Assembly (NCBI GenBank): GCA_010015805.1
Contig: ML978123.1
Location: 2,294,001-2,358,000, forward strand
Direction: 5' to 3'
DNA: 64,000 nt
DNA from: Rhizodiscina lignyota
Taxonomy: Eukaryota
The notes beneath the pieces were generated by a model. The model saw nothing but the letters and a program-made list of their open reading frames with translations, was not told the DNA's origin and ran no database searches. Below are positions 37,210-48,294 of this stretch, piece by piece. Made by a program: the position numbers and the translations under genes. Each line of letters opens with the position of its first letter. Position 1 is the first letter of the stretch.

Positions 37210-39171
37210 ATGTCTTCCTCCGTCTTCTTCAAGTTCAAGTCCTCGAAAGAGGTCAGGAAGATCACATTCGATGGCACGGGCATATCCGTCTTTGAGTTGA
37301 AAAGGGAAATTATCAGTCTTTCTCAAATGGGCAATGGCTCAGACTTCGATCTTGCCATCTACTCTGACGATAGCAATGAAGGTATGACTAGTGCATATTC
37401 CGCTCAATCTCGTCACACGCCGATACTAATGGCCCTTGTAGAGTATGACGATGACACAACAATCATTCCACGCTCAACAACTGTTATTGCTCGACGCTCT
37501 CCCGCCACCAAATCTGGCCATGGCAAAGCCGCTCGTTACGTATCTGGCCAGGCCCCTATCATGGCGAAGAATGCCTATCGCACAGAAGCATCACAGAAAC
37601 AAGGAGGAGCGAATGCATCTGCGGGGAACAATGGATTCGCAGAGATGAACAATGCAATGACTGAGGAGGATAAGATTGCGGCAATGTTCAAAGCAGACGC
37701 AACACAGTGGGAGCAACAGAAACAGCACATGGCCAATGCGAAACCTGTATATCATGGCAAATTCAAAGGAAGACAAGCCAATGTTCCAGATCATGATCCG
37801 CCACCAGGATATATCTGCTATCGCTGTCACGAAAAGGGTCACTGGATACAGGCTTGCCCAACGAACGATGACCCAACCTTCGAGGCGAAACCGAAGATCA
37901 AACGTACCACCGGTATTCCAAATTCTTTTCTCAAGACCGTGGAGAAGCCCGTTGCGGTTGCCAACGATGGTTTTACCGACGACAGGCAGCCGACCGGTGT
38001 CATGATCAATGCCAAGGGCGAGTATGTTGTTGCTGAGCCGGACAAGGCATCGTGGGAGCAGTTTCAAGCCAAGGCAAAAGCATCGAAGGAAGAGCAATCA
38101 TTAGCCGACAACGGTAACAAGGAGCTGCAAGATCGTGGATTAGAATGTCCTATTGACAAACGTCTATTTGTGGATCCCATGAAGACCCCGTGTTGTGGCA
38201 AGACATATTGCAATGAATGTATTGAAAATGCACTCGTTGACAGTGACCTGACTTGTCCAAATTGCGGGACAACTGGTGTGCTCATAGATAACCTCGCTAC
38301 TGATGAAGAGATGAAAGCGAAGATCAAAGCTTATGAGGAAGAGAGGGCCGCTGAGCAAAAGGCCAAGCAGAGTCCGAAGAGTCCAAAACCTGCTTCACCA
38401 GTTGAACCTTCTATGGACGCCAAAACTGACACCAAGCCTGATCAACAAAGGTCAGCAACTCCATCAAAATCCGCCAGCAACTCACCAGTTGCGGCACCCG
38501 TCCAACCGACCGGCCCAGCAAGCCCAAAGAAGAGGCCAGCCGAGGAAGAGCTGAAAAACGATCGGATACCGACAGGACCGGCCGCCATGCGCAAGACAAA
38601 CTCTCAGCAATCGCAAAAGGCGCCAAACGGCATTGATGACGAGTTCTTCAAGACCATGAACAATCTTACCGGAATCACCATGCCGCCAAATGGACAATTT
38701 CCACCGGCTTTCAGCGGCTTCCCCAACATGAACGGCAACATGAACGGCATGCAATTCCCCAATACCATGATGGGAATGCCCCCGATGATGCCTGGCATGA
38801 TGAACCAGATGAACCAGATGATGCCGAACGGAAACTGGGGTGGCAACATGAACATGGGGTTCCCACAGCAGAATGGCATGTACGGCAACAACTTCAACCA
38901 GGGCATGTACAACCAACAGGGCAATTGGCAGCAGCAGCAGCAGCAGAACTGGCAGGGAAACCAAGGATGGGGAATGAACGGTATGGCTGGCAACCAACAG
39001 ATGCAGAACGGCATGGGACGAGGAGGCGGTTTTGCGAATCAGCAGAAGACCGTCTTCAGCGAGCCGTTCCCGAACGAGGAGGACAATGCATACATGAGGA
39101 GACCGGTGAATCCTCATAGGCATCAGAATCGCCAGAGACGTGTGAGGCCGAGTGATTACACGGAGCTATGA
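37210..39171 (+). CDS. MPE1: mRNA 3'-end processing factor Mpe1/RBBP6 (DWNN, zinc knuckle, RING-like)
   Basis: MSSSVFFKFKSSKE...FDGTGISVFELKREI (DWNN), PPPGYICYRCHEKGHWIQACPT, KRTTGIP, CPID...TPCCGKTYCNECI...CPNC; 60-nt in-frame intron 37382-37441. Confidence 0.94.
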   Translation: MSSSVFFKFKSSKEVRKITFDGTGISVFELKREIISLSQMGNGSDFDLAIYSDDSNEGMTSAYSAQSRHTPILMALVEYDDDTTIIPRSTTVIARRSPATKSGHGKAARYVSGQAPIMAKNAYRTEASQKQGGANASAGNNGFAEMNNAMTEEDKIAAMFKADATQWEQQKQHMANAKPVYHGKFKGRQANVPDHDPPPGYICYRCHEKGHWIQACPTNDDPTFEAKPKIKRTTGIPNSFLKTVEKPVAVANDGFTDDRQPTGVMINAKGEYVVAEPDKASWEQFQAKAKASKEEQSLADNGNKELQDRGLECPIDKRLFVDPMKTPCCGKTYCNECIENALVDSDLTCPNCGTTGVLIDNLATDEEMKAKIKAYEEERAAEQKAKQSPKSPKPASPVEPSMDAKTDTKPDQQRSATPSKSASNSPVAAPVQPTGPASPKKRPAEEELKNDRIPTGPAAMRKTNSQQSQKAPNGIDDEFFKTMNNLTGITMPPNGQFPPAFSGFPNMNGNMNGMQFPNTMMGMPPMMPGMMNQMNQMMPNGNWGGNMNMGFPQQNGMYGNNFNQGMYNQQGNWQQQQQQNWQGNQGWGMNGMAGNQQMQNGMGRGGGFANQQKTVFSEPFPNEEDNAYMRRPVNPHRHQNRQRRVRPSDYTEL

Positions 39172-40250
39172 AGCATTTCACGGACTGTATTTGAAGGTTC
39201 TGCGCTCGGCGTTCATGGATGGCAAAGGCATATGGGAGCTTCGATTGCATTTGCGGCAGTTGGGTATTGTATTTTGGCTATGAGCGTCATACTTTCACGT
39301 GCTCGGCATGGCTCTGGACTGAAGACTGAAGTCAATATGACCAGTTTTTCTGGAGGCGATTGATTACAACATGCTTTTCTTGTATATAGTCTGAAGACTA
39401 CTTGAGGTGATCGCAGCTCCCCTGCTGTGCGTAGCGGAACACCTATCAATCAAACATCTCCGATCATACACCTCCCCTGCGCTTTCATCTTGTGCTTTAA
39501 CATATTTAAGTTTGTCTGTATCATCGGTGACGCATGTGCCTGACTCAGGACGACTATACTGATGCACATGGACAAACGCCGTCGGCCAATTGTCTGTCAA
39601 GTGGAGCTGGCTCCTCCCGATCTGGGCGGCATACACAAGAACTGCATTTATTAACTAGAAACAGGCCAGGAATAAGGAAGACTAAACATCAACTCGACGC
39701 TTGGATGTCTACTATATGACCCCGCCCAACGCAGACCCGGCTTGGCGAGGTGAAAGTGTGTATGTAGTAGTCATACTCGTGACGACCCATCTTGACGTGA
39801 TAACTACTGCAAGCGGCGTGGGGTTGGATTTCCGTGTGGAGTCGCGATCTACAACAAGGTAAAGCCAGGGTTTGTCCGGGATAGAATGACAGTTTCGAGA
39901 AGTAGCACGACATTATTCAACAGGTTTTTCGGCGTAACACGAGGCATTGAAGGTTTTGGAAGAGGCGGTGTTTCGCAGCGTGGCCGTGGGGCGATTGTGA
40001 TTGGAGTGGCGACCGAAAGTGCGGTACAGAACGCACGCAGGGCGAAGGGGCCTGTGCAGCTGATCACTCTCCAGCCCAACCTCCGCACGCAACCCTTCTA
40101 CATCTTCTAAGGAATTCCATTGCCGACAACCTCACGTCAACGACAACGCCCACCACGCTCCAATCCATTCCAATCCATACACTTTCAACAACGACCTCTT
40201 CGACCCTACCGGATCAACCGCTCCAGCAGCAACCGTGGCAAACACACGCA

Positions 40251-41284
40251 ATGGCGTTAATCACCAATTCCAGTAATAAAAGTAAAAGTAGTAATTCCTA
40301 CGACGCTCCTCCCATGAAGCGCAGCTCGTCCCCGCAGACGCTCGCGAGTTGCTACACCGTCGACGCCTCCTCCATGGCGCTCCAGGGCTTCCATTACTCC
40401 ACTACCGGGGCTGGCGGGGCTGATTGGCGTTCCTGAGGTCGGCTCGGTATGTGTTTTCCACTCCAATGTTGTTTCATCATCGAAATTCCAGTGCTCTTCT
40501 GTCCGACTCGGGATTGTTGTAGAGCAAAGCCGCTGACGTCTCATTTCAGGGAATGCCATCACCACCGCAGAGTCCCCCCCTCGCCGCGTACACTAGCGCG
40601 ACCGAAAACCCATCGCGGCGGCGAAGGGGGGCTGCACATACCGTTGCGGAAGAGTGTGAGAGGCTCTTCTGCGAGACACTGACTGCTGTTTTCCTAGGTG
40701 AGGGGGACTTGGCCGTTCAGGACTCGCTTGTGACGGGTGGGCAAACACAGGACGAAATCGACGTTAAAGGGGATAAGGGCGTACAACGTCCCGGACACAA
40801 AGTTGGGCTGGGAGGGCTGATCACGCCTACAGCATCCCCGGAGGCGTTGATGAAGCCGGAATTGATGAACACTGCGGATATACTAGTGCGCCAGTGGGTC
40901 GAAATGTTCGACTATGCCGGAGGCGCGAGGTTCCGTGGCTTCGTTGCCTCTGACGGAATGGAGAAGACACTTTTCATATTCTTCGACGAAGGTGTAAATG
41001 GAAATGATCTGAAGCCTGGGTAAGTCGAACACATTTTTTAAAACGGACTATGAGACGCTAACTTCCTCTACAGACTGATGGCTTTGCTTGAGCTGTGCGA
41101 GCTACCAGCCTTCGACTGTTCCAAACTGGTTACCTGCCTCGACAGACACACCGAGCCTGAAGAACTGGCAACTTTGACGAGGGACCTGGGATGGGTTGGG
41201 TTCGAGCCGTACACCCTCGTCGATTGGACTCAGAGCGATCAAATAATCTCCGACTCATGGATTTTTCTCAGCATGGACGTCTAA
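40251..41284 (+). CDS. OAZ1: Ornithine decarboxylase antizyme; ORF1 40251-40436, +1 frameshift into ORF2, introns 40447-40549 and 41020-41073
   Basis: ORF1 ends TGG-CGT-TCC-TGA. The +1 frame (GAG GTC GGC TCG | GGA ATG CCA) continues through EECERLFCETL, DYAGGARFRGFV, DLKPG|LMALLEL and LTRDLGWVGFE, the antizyme C-terminal domain. Confidence 0.93.
40431..40437 (+). other. Programmed +1 ribosomal frameshift site UCC-UGA-G
   Basis: Same P-site codon and stop as the classical antizyme shift site; only the +1 frame joins the spliced ORF2. Confidence 0.9.
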
Positions 41285-41558
41285 GGCGCTTAGGAGGCAC
41301 AGTGATTTTTTGCGTTCGTTTTCACTGATTAAATTGCTTGGCGCTGGTAGAGGGCTACCTTCACGGGACCGACCTTAAAATGCACTAGTCGTCTTCTTTC
41401 TCTCTTGCGCAAAAATCCGATAACGGAGGAGTCTCAGGTGTCATAGTAATAACGATGAATCAAATTAAATTCTCCGCCAAGACCATGGGTATCTCCATAA
41501 TGCCGTACATGCGTGCACCAGGCCGTGACTATTTTCCATTCGTCATCTCATCAGCTGC

Positions 41559-44500
41559 TCACACATCAACTTCGCCCAAGCCCCTTGCCCTGACCGCGTC
41601 TTTCACGCTCGTCCTGACTCTCCCAAGCGCGTTGATCCACTTGTCATTATTGCTTGCAGTTGTGCTCTCACCCACAAGCACATCACCCAGCCCTTCCTCG
41701 ACCACCCAACCCATCCATCTTGCCATGCCAACTGCCTTGCTCATGTCGCCTTCCTCCTTCACGACCTTGTCCAGATATATGACCAGAGCGTCGATATCCT
41801 CGTCATACGGCCCTTCAGACCTGAACTCGCTCCACCACGCCGAGATCGCGTCACGTAAGTCTGGCAAGCTGGACAGCTTCCTCTTGGTGAAAGTTGGTTT
41901 GGCAGGGCGTGGTGGCAGATGTAGGAAGCGTTCTATTGGCCCTTCTTCCTTTTCTTCTACTTCTTCTCCCTCCTCTTCATCGTCCGCTGCTATTGTTGAA
42001 CCCTTATCCGGCTGAGGAGCTGGCTCTTTCTTTCGAAACGCTTGGAGATCGAGGCCAGACGTCTTCTTGAGCCTTGCGCGGCGCTGCTCTTCAAGGATTT
42101 CGCGTCTGATATCCTCTGGGAGGGCCTCTAAAATTTCTGGTGGGACTTGTGCAATTTCGTCGTGCCCGTCTTTGCTTTCGGGACGAGGCTCGTCCGCATC
42201 ACTTTCGGTGCCTGTGGTCGCGTCGTCCTGACTTGCTGGTTGTGTGAAGTGAGCCGTGATGAAATTGGACTGGGTGAGCGTCGAGTTGCTCGCGGCAGCC
42301 CTGAGGGTATCAGCTTTCGAAGGACGTCCTCGCTTGCGAAGTGGCGCTGGGGCCGGAATAGGCTTCTTCGAGATTGCAGTGGTTCGGATCTTGCGCGTCG
42401 ACTGGGGAAGTAAAGTTTGGTCCTGCCGACGCCGCGTGCTTGGGGAGACGCTTGGTTGGTTGTAGAAGGCCAAAATTTCCTCTCGGACGTCTGCAGGTAG
42501 AGCATTGAGGGTTTCCAAGTCGATTTGGGATTGATTTGGGAAGGCGAGGATAGGCGTGTGACCTGTTTGCTTGCCACGCTGGGAAGAACCCTGAGCTTTC
42601 GCCGTAGTGGTGAGCTTGGACAGATCCATATGTTGGGCAAGCTTTGCACGAATGTCCTCGGGGAGCTCTTCAAGAACCTTAGGGTCGATTTGCGTGGGGA
42701 TCACAAACTGTGTTCCAGCTGTGTTAAGGGGCTTGCGACTTGGAGTGCTAATGTTCAACTGTTGGGCTCCAAATCCAATAGCGTCGTCATCGGGGTGTCG
42801 GATTGGCTTCTTGGGCGTGACTATGTCGTCCTGGATAGGGTCCTCCTGCTCCTTTCTGTCTGCCTTTGGCGCATCCCCGACTTTGAACTGCAGCTTTCTC
42901 TGACTGCTTTGAAGCTGTCCATCGTTGTCGGCCTTCATTGGTTCCAATTTCGTCATCTGTACGCCGAGGCCACGAAGCTCTCCAGGCGGGAACCCATAAC
43001 TTTTGAGCAGAGACAGCGCTTCCTTTGCCAAAATCTCTTTGGCATTCGTAGCAACGCCGAGAACCACACTTTTGTTGTAGGTATCGCACTTCCCGTGCCC
43101 AAGATGTTTCGGTGGATCAAGAGGAGCGTCGGCGGAGCGCCTCATTATCTTCATGGTCAAGTGACGGCCTTTGACACGTTCTTTTAGGAGACGCTTCATC
43201 AGTTCACCGCAGAGACTCTCGATGAACTCGTCCACTTGCTCTTGGTTTTCGAACCGGACTCCCCAGTTGACTTCAGCAGAGACAGACTTGCGGACGACAA
43301 CATCGCCAACCTCTGCTCGATCAATGCCTCGAGCATACTCCCAAATCTTTTCGCCAGTTTTAGGTCCGAGGGCGGTGGTGAGTTTCTCACGTGAGACCTC
43401 ACGGATGTCTTGGACGAATTTGATGCCAATCTCCTCGAGCTTTCCACCGATGCTGTACGCCACACCCGGAAGGTCTTGGACCTCGAGCTTGCCGACGAAT
43501 TCAAGGACTTTATCTGGTTCGATTTGATACTGACCGGCTGGCTTTGCCTTTCGGAGCGCAACCTTGGCAAGTAGTATATTGCCTCCAATTCCAACAGAGA
43601 CGTTGCAATCAGTTTTCCGCTTGACTTCATCTCGCAGGCTCTGAGCAATTTCATCAGCTTTAGATTGTTCCCGATCAACGGTGCCTTCTCCCCTCCTTTT
43701 GCCATCCGACCCTGCTGCTGCTAGGCATATCTCTGTAATATCCACTAGCGCCTCGTCAATGCTCACGCTTTGCACTACCCCTCCTGTTGCAATGATTGCT
43801 TCGTAAAATGCACGACTTGCCTCCTCATAAGCAGGGAAGTCGTACGGAAGAATCTTGAGCTCCGGACAAAGGTCGAATGCTCGCTTCATCCACATCCCGT
43901 TCTTTATCCCGAACTTACGGGCAGGGTAGTTGCAGCTTGCAATCTCAGATCCACTGCCGGTGCCATGAGCTACCACTGCTGGCTTGTCTTTGAACTGTGG
44001 ATTCTTCTTGAGCGACACGGCCGCAAAGAAGCTGTCAAAGTCAACGTGCAGGATATATCGACGGGAGCCAGCTGCGCGTTTCTTGCGCTGTTTCTGCGAC
44101 GTAGACTTTTCAGCAGCCAAAGCTTGCATCTGTGCCTTTAGGTCTGCTTTCCATGTCGAGAGATGATGCAGGCGCGACTCGCGGTAGTACTGCTCGAGAA
44201 AGCCGGGGTCAACCACGGTCGACTTACGGATTTTTGGGTCAGCTAGCAGTATCGCATTGTGCTCTTCTGCAGTGAGTTTGGTTCGCTTAGCGACAAGATG
44301 TTGTTCGTCGCTGTTCGGCCTTTTAACGCCTTTTGACCCACCCGTCTCGTCTACCCCGTCGAAAGCTCCGATATCTTCCAAGTCTCCCGCCTGACGAGCA
44401 TCGTATTCCTCTGGTGCCGCCTGCTCATCATCAACAACTTCGCCCAAGTGGAATGATGTATCGGCAATATCTGCAAATTCGTGGTCCATATCGGCATTGT

Positions 44501-45311
44501 CATCATCTTCGACCAAGTTGTACCCAAATTCCCCGTCAATCGGCATATCCGGCGGATTGGTTTGTAAAGGAGAACTGGCCGGGCTGGCCAGTAAGTCATG
44601 ATCAGACTTTCCTTCAGGAGCAATCGCAGTAGGCTTGCTAGGTGTAGTAGGATCATCGTCAATCTCGTCCTCTATCTCTGGAGTTGGAGGCTTTTGTGAC
44701 AGATATCGAGAAGCTGAGGATGATTGAGGTTCCTCTGCCTTCAGCTGCGAGGTGTACCAACTGGTTTCCGTCTGATCTCGATATCCCCGTGATTTGACGT
44801 CTGCTTGGCTAACCACTTTCCCATTTTGAAATCCGAGCACCCGTTGACCAGCTCCCTCTGCTAAGACACGGAACGAGTCCCATGGTAGCAGTCGTCCGGC
44901 TTTGACGCTTTCCACAACCCATGCTGGCTTCACTATCCGATACCTCTTGAACTCGACGGCTTTCTTCGGCGTCAAATTGCTGCAAATGATATGCGTGACC
45001 GTTGTCTTCCCATCAAGGTATTGCATAAAGCCTCCCCCATGTGTGACGATAAGTTTGTGGATGTCATTCAAGGACGGTTGAGTATAGCCATTGACGTGCG
45101 CGACGATGCCTCGGAAGATATTAGGCTTGTCGTCGCTTTTTGACCGTAGTTCTACATCGAGGTTTTGCAGTTTGATCTTCTTGCGCCTGAAGTAATCGGA
45201 GAAGCCGCCAAATTTAGAGCCTTCGTATTCCTCGCCCCCTTCATCCTCAAATGTGTGGTTCTCAATCCTCTTACGAACAGCATTCGAATTGCTTTCCAGT
45301 CGCGACCCCAT
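41559..45311 (-). CDS. REV1: Y-family translesion polymerase / dCMP transferase Rev1, intronless, 1250 aa
   Basis: N-terminal FGGFSDYFRRKKIKLQN plus BRCT domain, SRLHHLSTWK N-digit, HVDFDSFFAAV, SCNYPARKFG, SIDEA, UBM-like repeats (LPEDIR, LPADVR), C-terminal domain. Confidence 0.97.
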   Translation of the reverse strand: MGSRLESNSNAVRKRIENHTFEDEGGEEYEGSKFGGFSDYFRRKKIKLQNLDVELRSKSDDKPNIFRGIVAHVNGYTQPSLNDIHKLIVTHGGGFMQYLDGKTTVTHIICSNLTPKKAVEFKRYRIVKPAWVVESVKAGRLLPWDSFRVLAEGAGQRVLGFQNGKVVSQADVKSRGYRDQTETSWYTSQLKAEEPQSSSASRYLSQKPPTPEIEDEIDDDPTTPSKPTAIAPEGKSDHDLLASPASSPLQTNPPDMPIDGEFGYNLVEDDDNADMDHEFADIADTSFHLGEVVDDEQAAPEEYDARQAGDLEDIGAFDGVDETGGSKGVKRPNSDEQHLVAKRTKLTAEEHNAILLADPKIRKSTVVDPGFLEQYYRESRLHHLSTWKADLKAQMQALAAEKSTSQKQRKKRAAGSRRYILHVDFDSFFAAVSLKKNPQFKDKPAVVAHGTGSGSEIASCNYPARKFGIKNGMWMKRAFDLCPELKILPYDFPAYEEASRAFYEAIIATGGVVQSVSIDEALVDITEICLAAAGSDGKRRGEGTVDREQSKADEIAQSLRDEVKRKTDCNVSVGIGGNILLAKVALRKAKPAGQYQIEPDKVLEFVGKLEVQDLPGVAYSIGGKLEEIGIKFVQDIREVSREKLTTALGPKTGEKIWEYARGIDRAEVGDVVVRKSVSAEVNWGVRFENQEQVDEFIESLCGELMKRLLKERVKGRHLTMKIMRRSADAPLDPPKHLGHGKCDTYNKSVVLGVATNAKEILAKEALSLLKSYGFPPGELRGLGVQMTKLEPMKADNDGQLQSSQRKLQFKVGDAPKADRKEQEDPIQDDIVTPKKPIRHPDDDAIGFGAQQLNISTPSRKPLNTAGTQFVIPTQIDPKVLEELPEDIRAKLAQHMDLSKLTTTAKAQGSSQRGKQTGHTPILAFPNQSQIDLETLNALPADVREEILAFYNQPSVSPSTRRRQDQTLLPQSTRKIRTTAISKKPIPAPAPLRKRGRPSKADTLRAAASNSTLTQSNFITAHFTQPASQDDATTGTESDADEPRPESKDGHDEIAQVPPEILEALPEDIRREILEEQRRARLKKTSGLDLQAFRKKEPAPQPDKGSTIAADDEEEGEEVEEKEEGPIERFLHLPPRPAKPTFTKRKLSSLPDLRDAISAWWSEFRSEGPYDEDIDALVIYLDKVVKEEGDMSKAVGMARWMGWVVEEGLGDVLVGESTTASNNDKWINALGRVRTSVKDAVRARGLGEVDV

Positions 45312-45802
45312 TGTGGCTTTACGAAGCTTGTGATGATATTACTACTTGCGTAGGGAGTCTTGATGGTGATCGGCTCATCACGGCGATAAAACGCGCGATG
45401 GTGGAACGCGTCGTCGAAAGAACGTGGTGTCAAAGTGGCGATTTTGAAGAATTGTATTCTTTTGCGAAGAGGTTAGACGGAACTTCATATAATGCGCCCT
45501 TGCGTTGAGGGATTAACAGTCATAAAGCAATTTGCCATCGAAAGGCACCAGTGCAGGCCATTCAATCCGCTCGGCATGCTTTGGAAGTCGCGACTTATGA
45601 CGCGCGACCGCGGCTTACCCTCTCGGGCTTAGCGGCGTAAACGGAACTTCCCACAGCTCGAAGTCTTGGCACCCGAACTTTTTGCTGCAGAAGTTTACGG
45701 TCGAGTAGCGTCTGGTTTTTTTCTCCTCGCATGCGCAGCATCGCGGTCTGTCAATTCCACCTCTTCCGCTCTGAAGACCAGCTTGCATAAGCCTTAGCCA
45801 TT

Positions 45803-47622
45803 ATGGCGGACATTTCTCAACTTACCTCCTACCTGCCCATGGAGGTTTTCACTCTCGAAGTGAAGCCTGGAGAGATAGTTCCATGCATTGAGGCGCCCTC
45901 CGCTGTAAGTCGTCCCATGCACGCCGTGTCAATCGCGAAATGCATAACACGCTCCTGGCAATTGTCTATTGGGCATCTTTACTAATTGTTCTATTAGTTT
46001 CGGGTAACAATGGCAGCAATCGATCCTACAGCGCCGCCCCAGCCATTCCCAGAAAATCCAGACGCCCCGCCTCGAGCTACGCTGAGAATCATTCGCCATA
46101 CCTATCCTTTGGATCTCGATGGGGATGATGACGATGACTCGGATATTGTGGCTATCGAGCGTCGCCTTGGTCTCAAGGCTGCTGAAGAGGACGAGGATGA
46201 CGACGAGGACGAATCTGATGAGGAAGACGAGGCCGGTCCAAGCGATCCGGAAAAGGTCAACAAGGCACGCCTGGAGGCTGCTGCAAAGGAGCTCATCAAT
46301 GGTGCTGACGCTGAGGAAGACGACGAGGATGTTGATATGGCTGAAAATATCAATGGTACCAAGATCAATAAAGGCAAGAAGAAGGTAACTGATGTGGATG
46401 AGGATGATGAGGATGAGGATGAGGAAGAGAGCGATGAAGATGATGACGAATATGAGGATGAGGACTTCGTGATCTGTACTTTGGACATTGCACAAGTATG
46501 TTCATTTTCTTCTGTCTTTGATCTCGCACTCTCAGAAACGTGACCATTTCGACGACCTCTGCGTGTTTATTGTTCACCAATGTAGCTTACAACTCTCTAC
46601 AGCATTATCAGCAGCCTCTGGATTTGACTATCCCTGACCCGGCCAATGTCTCTTTCATGGTCACCGGAACGCACAGCATTTATTTGACTGGCAACTATTT
46701 CGACGGCCCCAACGACGACGACGATGAGGACGACGAAGATGACGATGACTACGACGAGGAGGAGCTCAACGGACTCCTTGCGCCGTTCGAGGGAGATGAA
46801 CCTATGTCTGACGACGAATCCGATGACTTGGATGCTTTAGAAGACCCTAGGATCCTTGAGCTTGAATCTGAAGAGGACGAAGAGCCACCAAAGCTTGTCA
46901 AGGTATCTAAGGCGCAGCAAGGCAAGGGCAAGAACAAGCGACTTGCTGAGTCTGATGAAGAGGAGGGTGACACCCTGGACAACCTCATTAGCAAAGTCGT
47001 GAAACCCGCCGAAGATGCACCAAAGACCAACGGCGAGCAGAAGCTTAGCAAGAAGCAATTAAAGAAGCTCAAGAAGAATGATGGCCAAGCGGCCCCTGGT
47101 GCTGAGCCGCCTGTTCCTCAAAAGAAGGAAGAAGCAAAATCCAAGACCGAGGAAGACAAGAAGTCCGCCATCAAGGATAGCCCTGGAAGCGGAAAGAAAG
47201 TCCAGTTCGCCAAGAATCTTGAACAAGGCCCAACAGGATCACCGAAGGTAGACGGCAAGCAAGATGACAAGTCAAAGAACCTAGGCAAGGTCAGCAGCAA
47301 TAAGGGTGTCGGAATCGATGACCGCAAAGTTGGTTCCGGGCCTGCTGCGAAGAAAGGTGATCGCCTCGGAATGAGATACATTGGCAAGCTGGTGAAGGAC
47401 GGGAAGCAATTCGATGCCAACAAGAAAGGCATGCCCTTCAAGTTCAAGCTCGGTGCCGGCGAAGTCATTAAAGGTTGGGACATAGGCGTCGAGGGCATGA
47501 AGGTTGGCGGCGAGCGGCGCCTCACAGTTCCTGCACGTCTCGCATACGGCAGCCAGGGCATGGCCGGCATCCCAGCAAACTCCGATCTCCAGTTTGATGT
47601 GAAGCTTCTGAGCATCAACTAA
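45803..47622 (+). CDS. FPR4: Nucleolar FK506-binding protein (nucleoplasmin-like domain, acidic tracts, C-terminal FKBP)
   Basis: TMAAIDP...RATLRII, VICTLD...QQPLDL..., [13 protein letters not shown], long D/E tracts, FKBP domain MRYIGKL...FDAN...[21 protein letters not shown]...AYG...[13 protein letters not shown]; introns about 45905-45997 and 46496-46602. Confidence 0.95.
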
Positions 47623-48294
47623 ATGACAACTTCTGACGGCCGAACCCCTCACTTCCACTGCAGGAAGTACTGCACAGTACAAAAATGATTTCTTTCTCAC
47701 TCCTCTGCTGTACACCATTTCAACTCCCCTCTAGTACATGTTAGGGTATGTCTCCGGACGTGCCCTATGTGCTCGTGGTTCTCCTAATCACTCCTTTCCT
47801 TCTCTGCATGTTACGGGTTTTTCATGGATAATGTTTTGCATGCTGAGCTATCCGACTTGCATGTATAGCCTGCGGTTGCATTGAATAGAGATTTTGCTTT
47901 GCTATTGCGCAGGCGAGGATTGCTTGCAAGGAAGACGATACCCCTCAGTAATGTTTACTGCTGTCTTTGCTTTGCTTCGGAGTTTCAGTATCAGGTCAAG
48001 AAAAGTTTTCAGGCTACTGTGGTCATGTAGCTTGCCAATACAAAGACATACTTTCAGTTGTTCATCTTTCAATATGACCATCTCAAAGGATGGCTGAGAT
48101 GCATTGCATGCTCTAGCTGATGACATTAATCTGCTATTACCAGGATGCGAAAAGGCCCCATACGCCCGTCATTCTCTCATGAAGTGGGGTATCAGAAATA
48201 TGACCAGCCAAACGCCTTATGAAATCGTAGATGATGAAAAAGGCATGGAACTCCACATCTCACCATCTCATTACTGGTTCCTCCAAGTTTCCGG

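Noticed and set aside
40251..40436. Antizyme as a pseudogene or sequencing frameshift
   Set aside because: The break falls exactly at the canonical UCC-UGA recoding site and both ORFs are intact.
40429..40549. Splice bypass of the antizyme stop using GT at 40429
   Set aside because: Donor GTTCCT is poor and the join would be out of frame with ORF2, so the frameshift is still required.
46120..46900. GAY/GAR microsatellite-like runs and antisense poly-Ser ORFs
   Set aside because: Acidic tracts of the nucleolar FKBP coding sequence.
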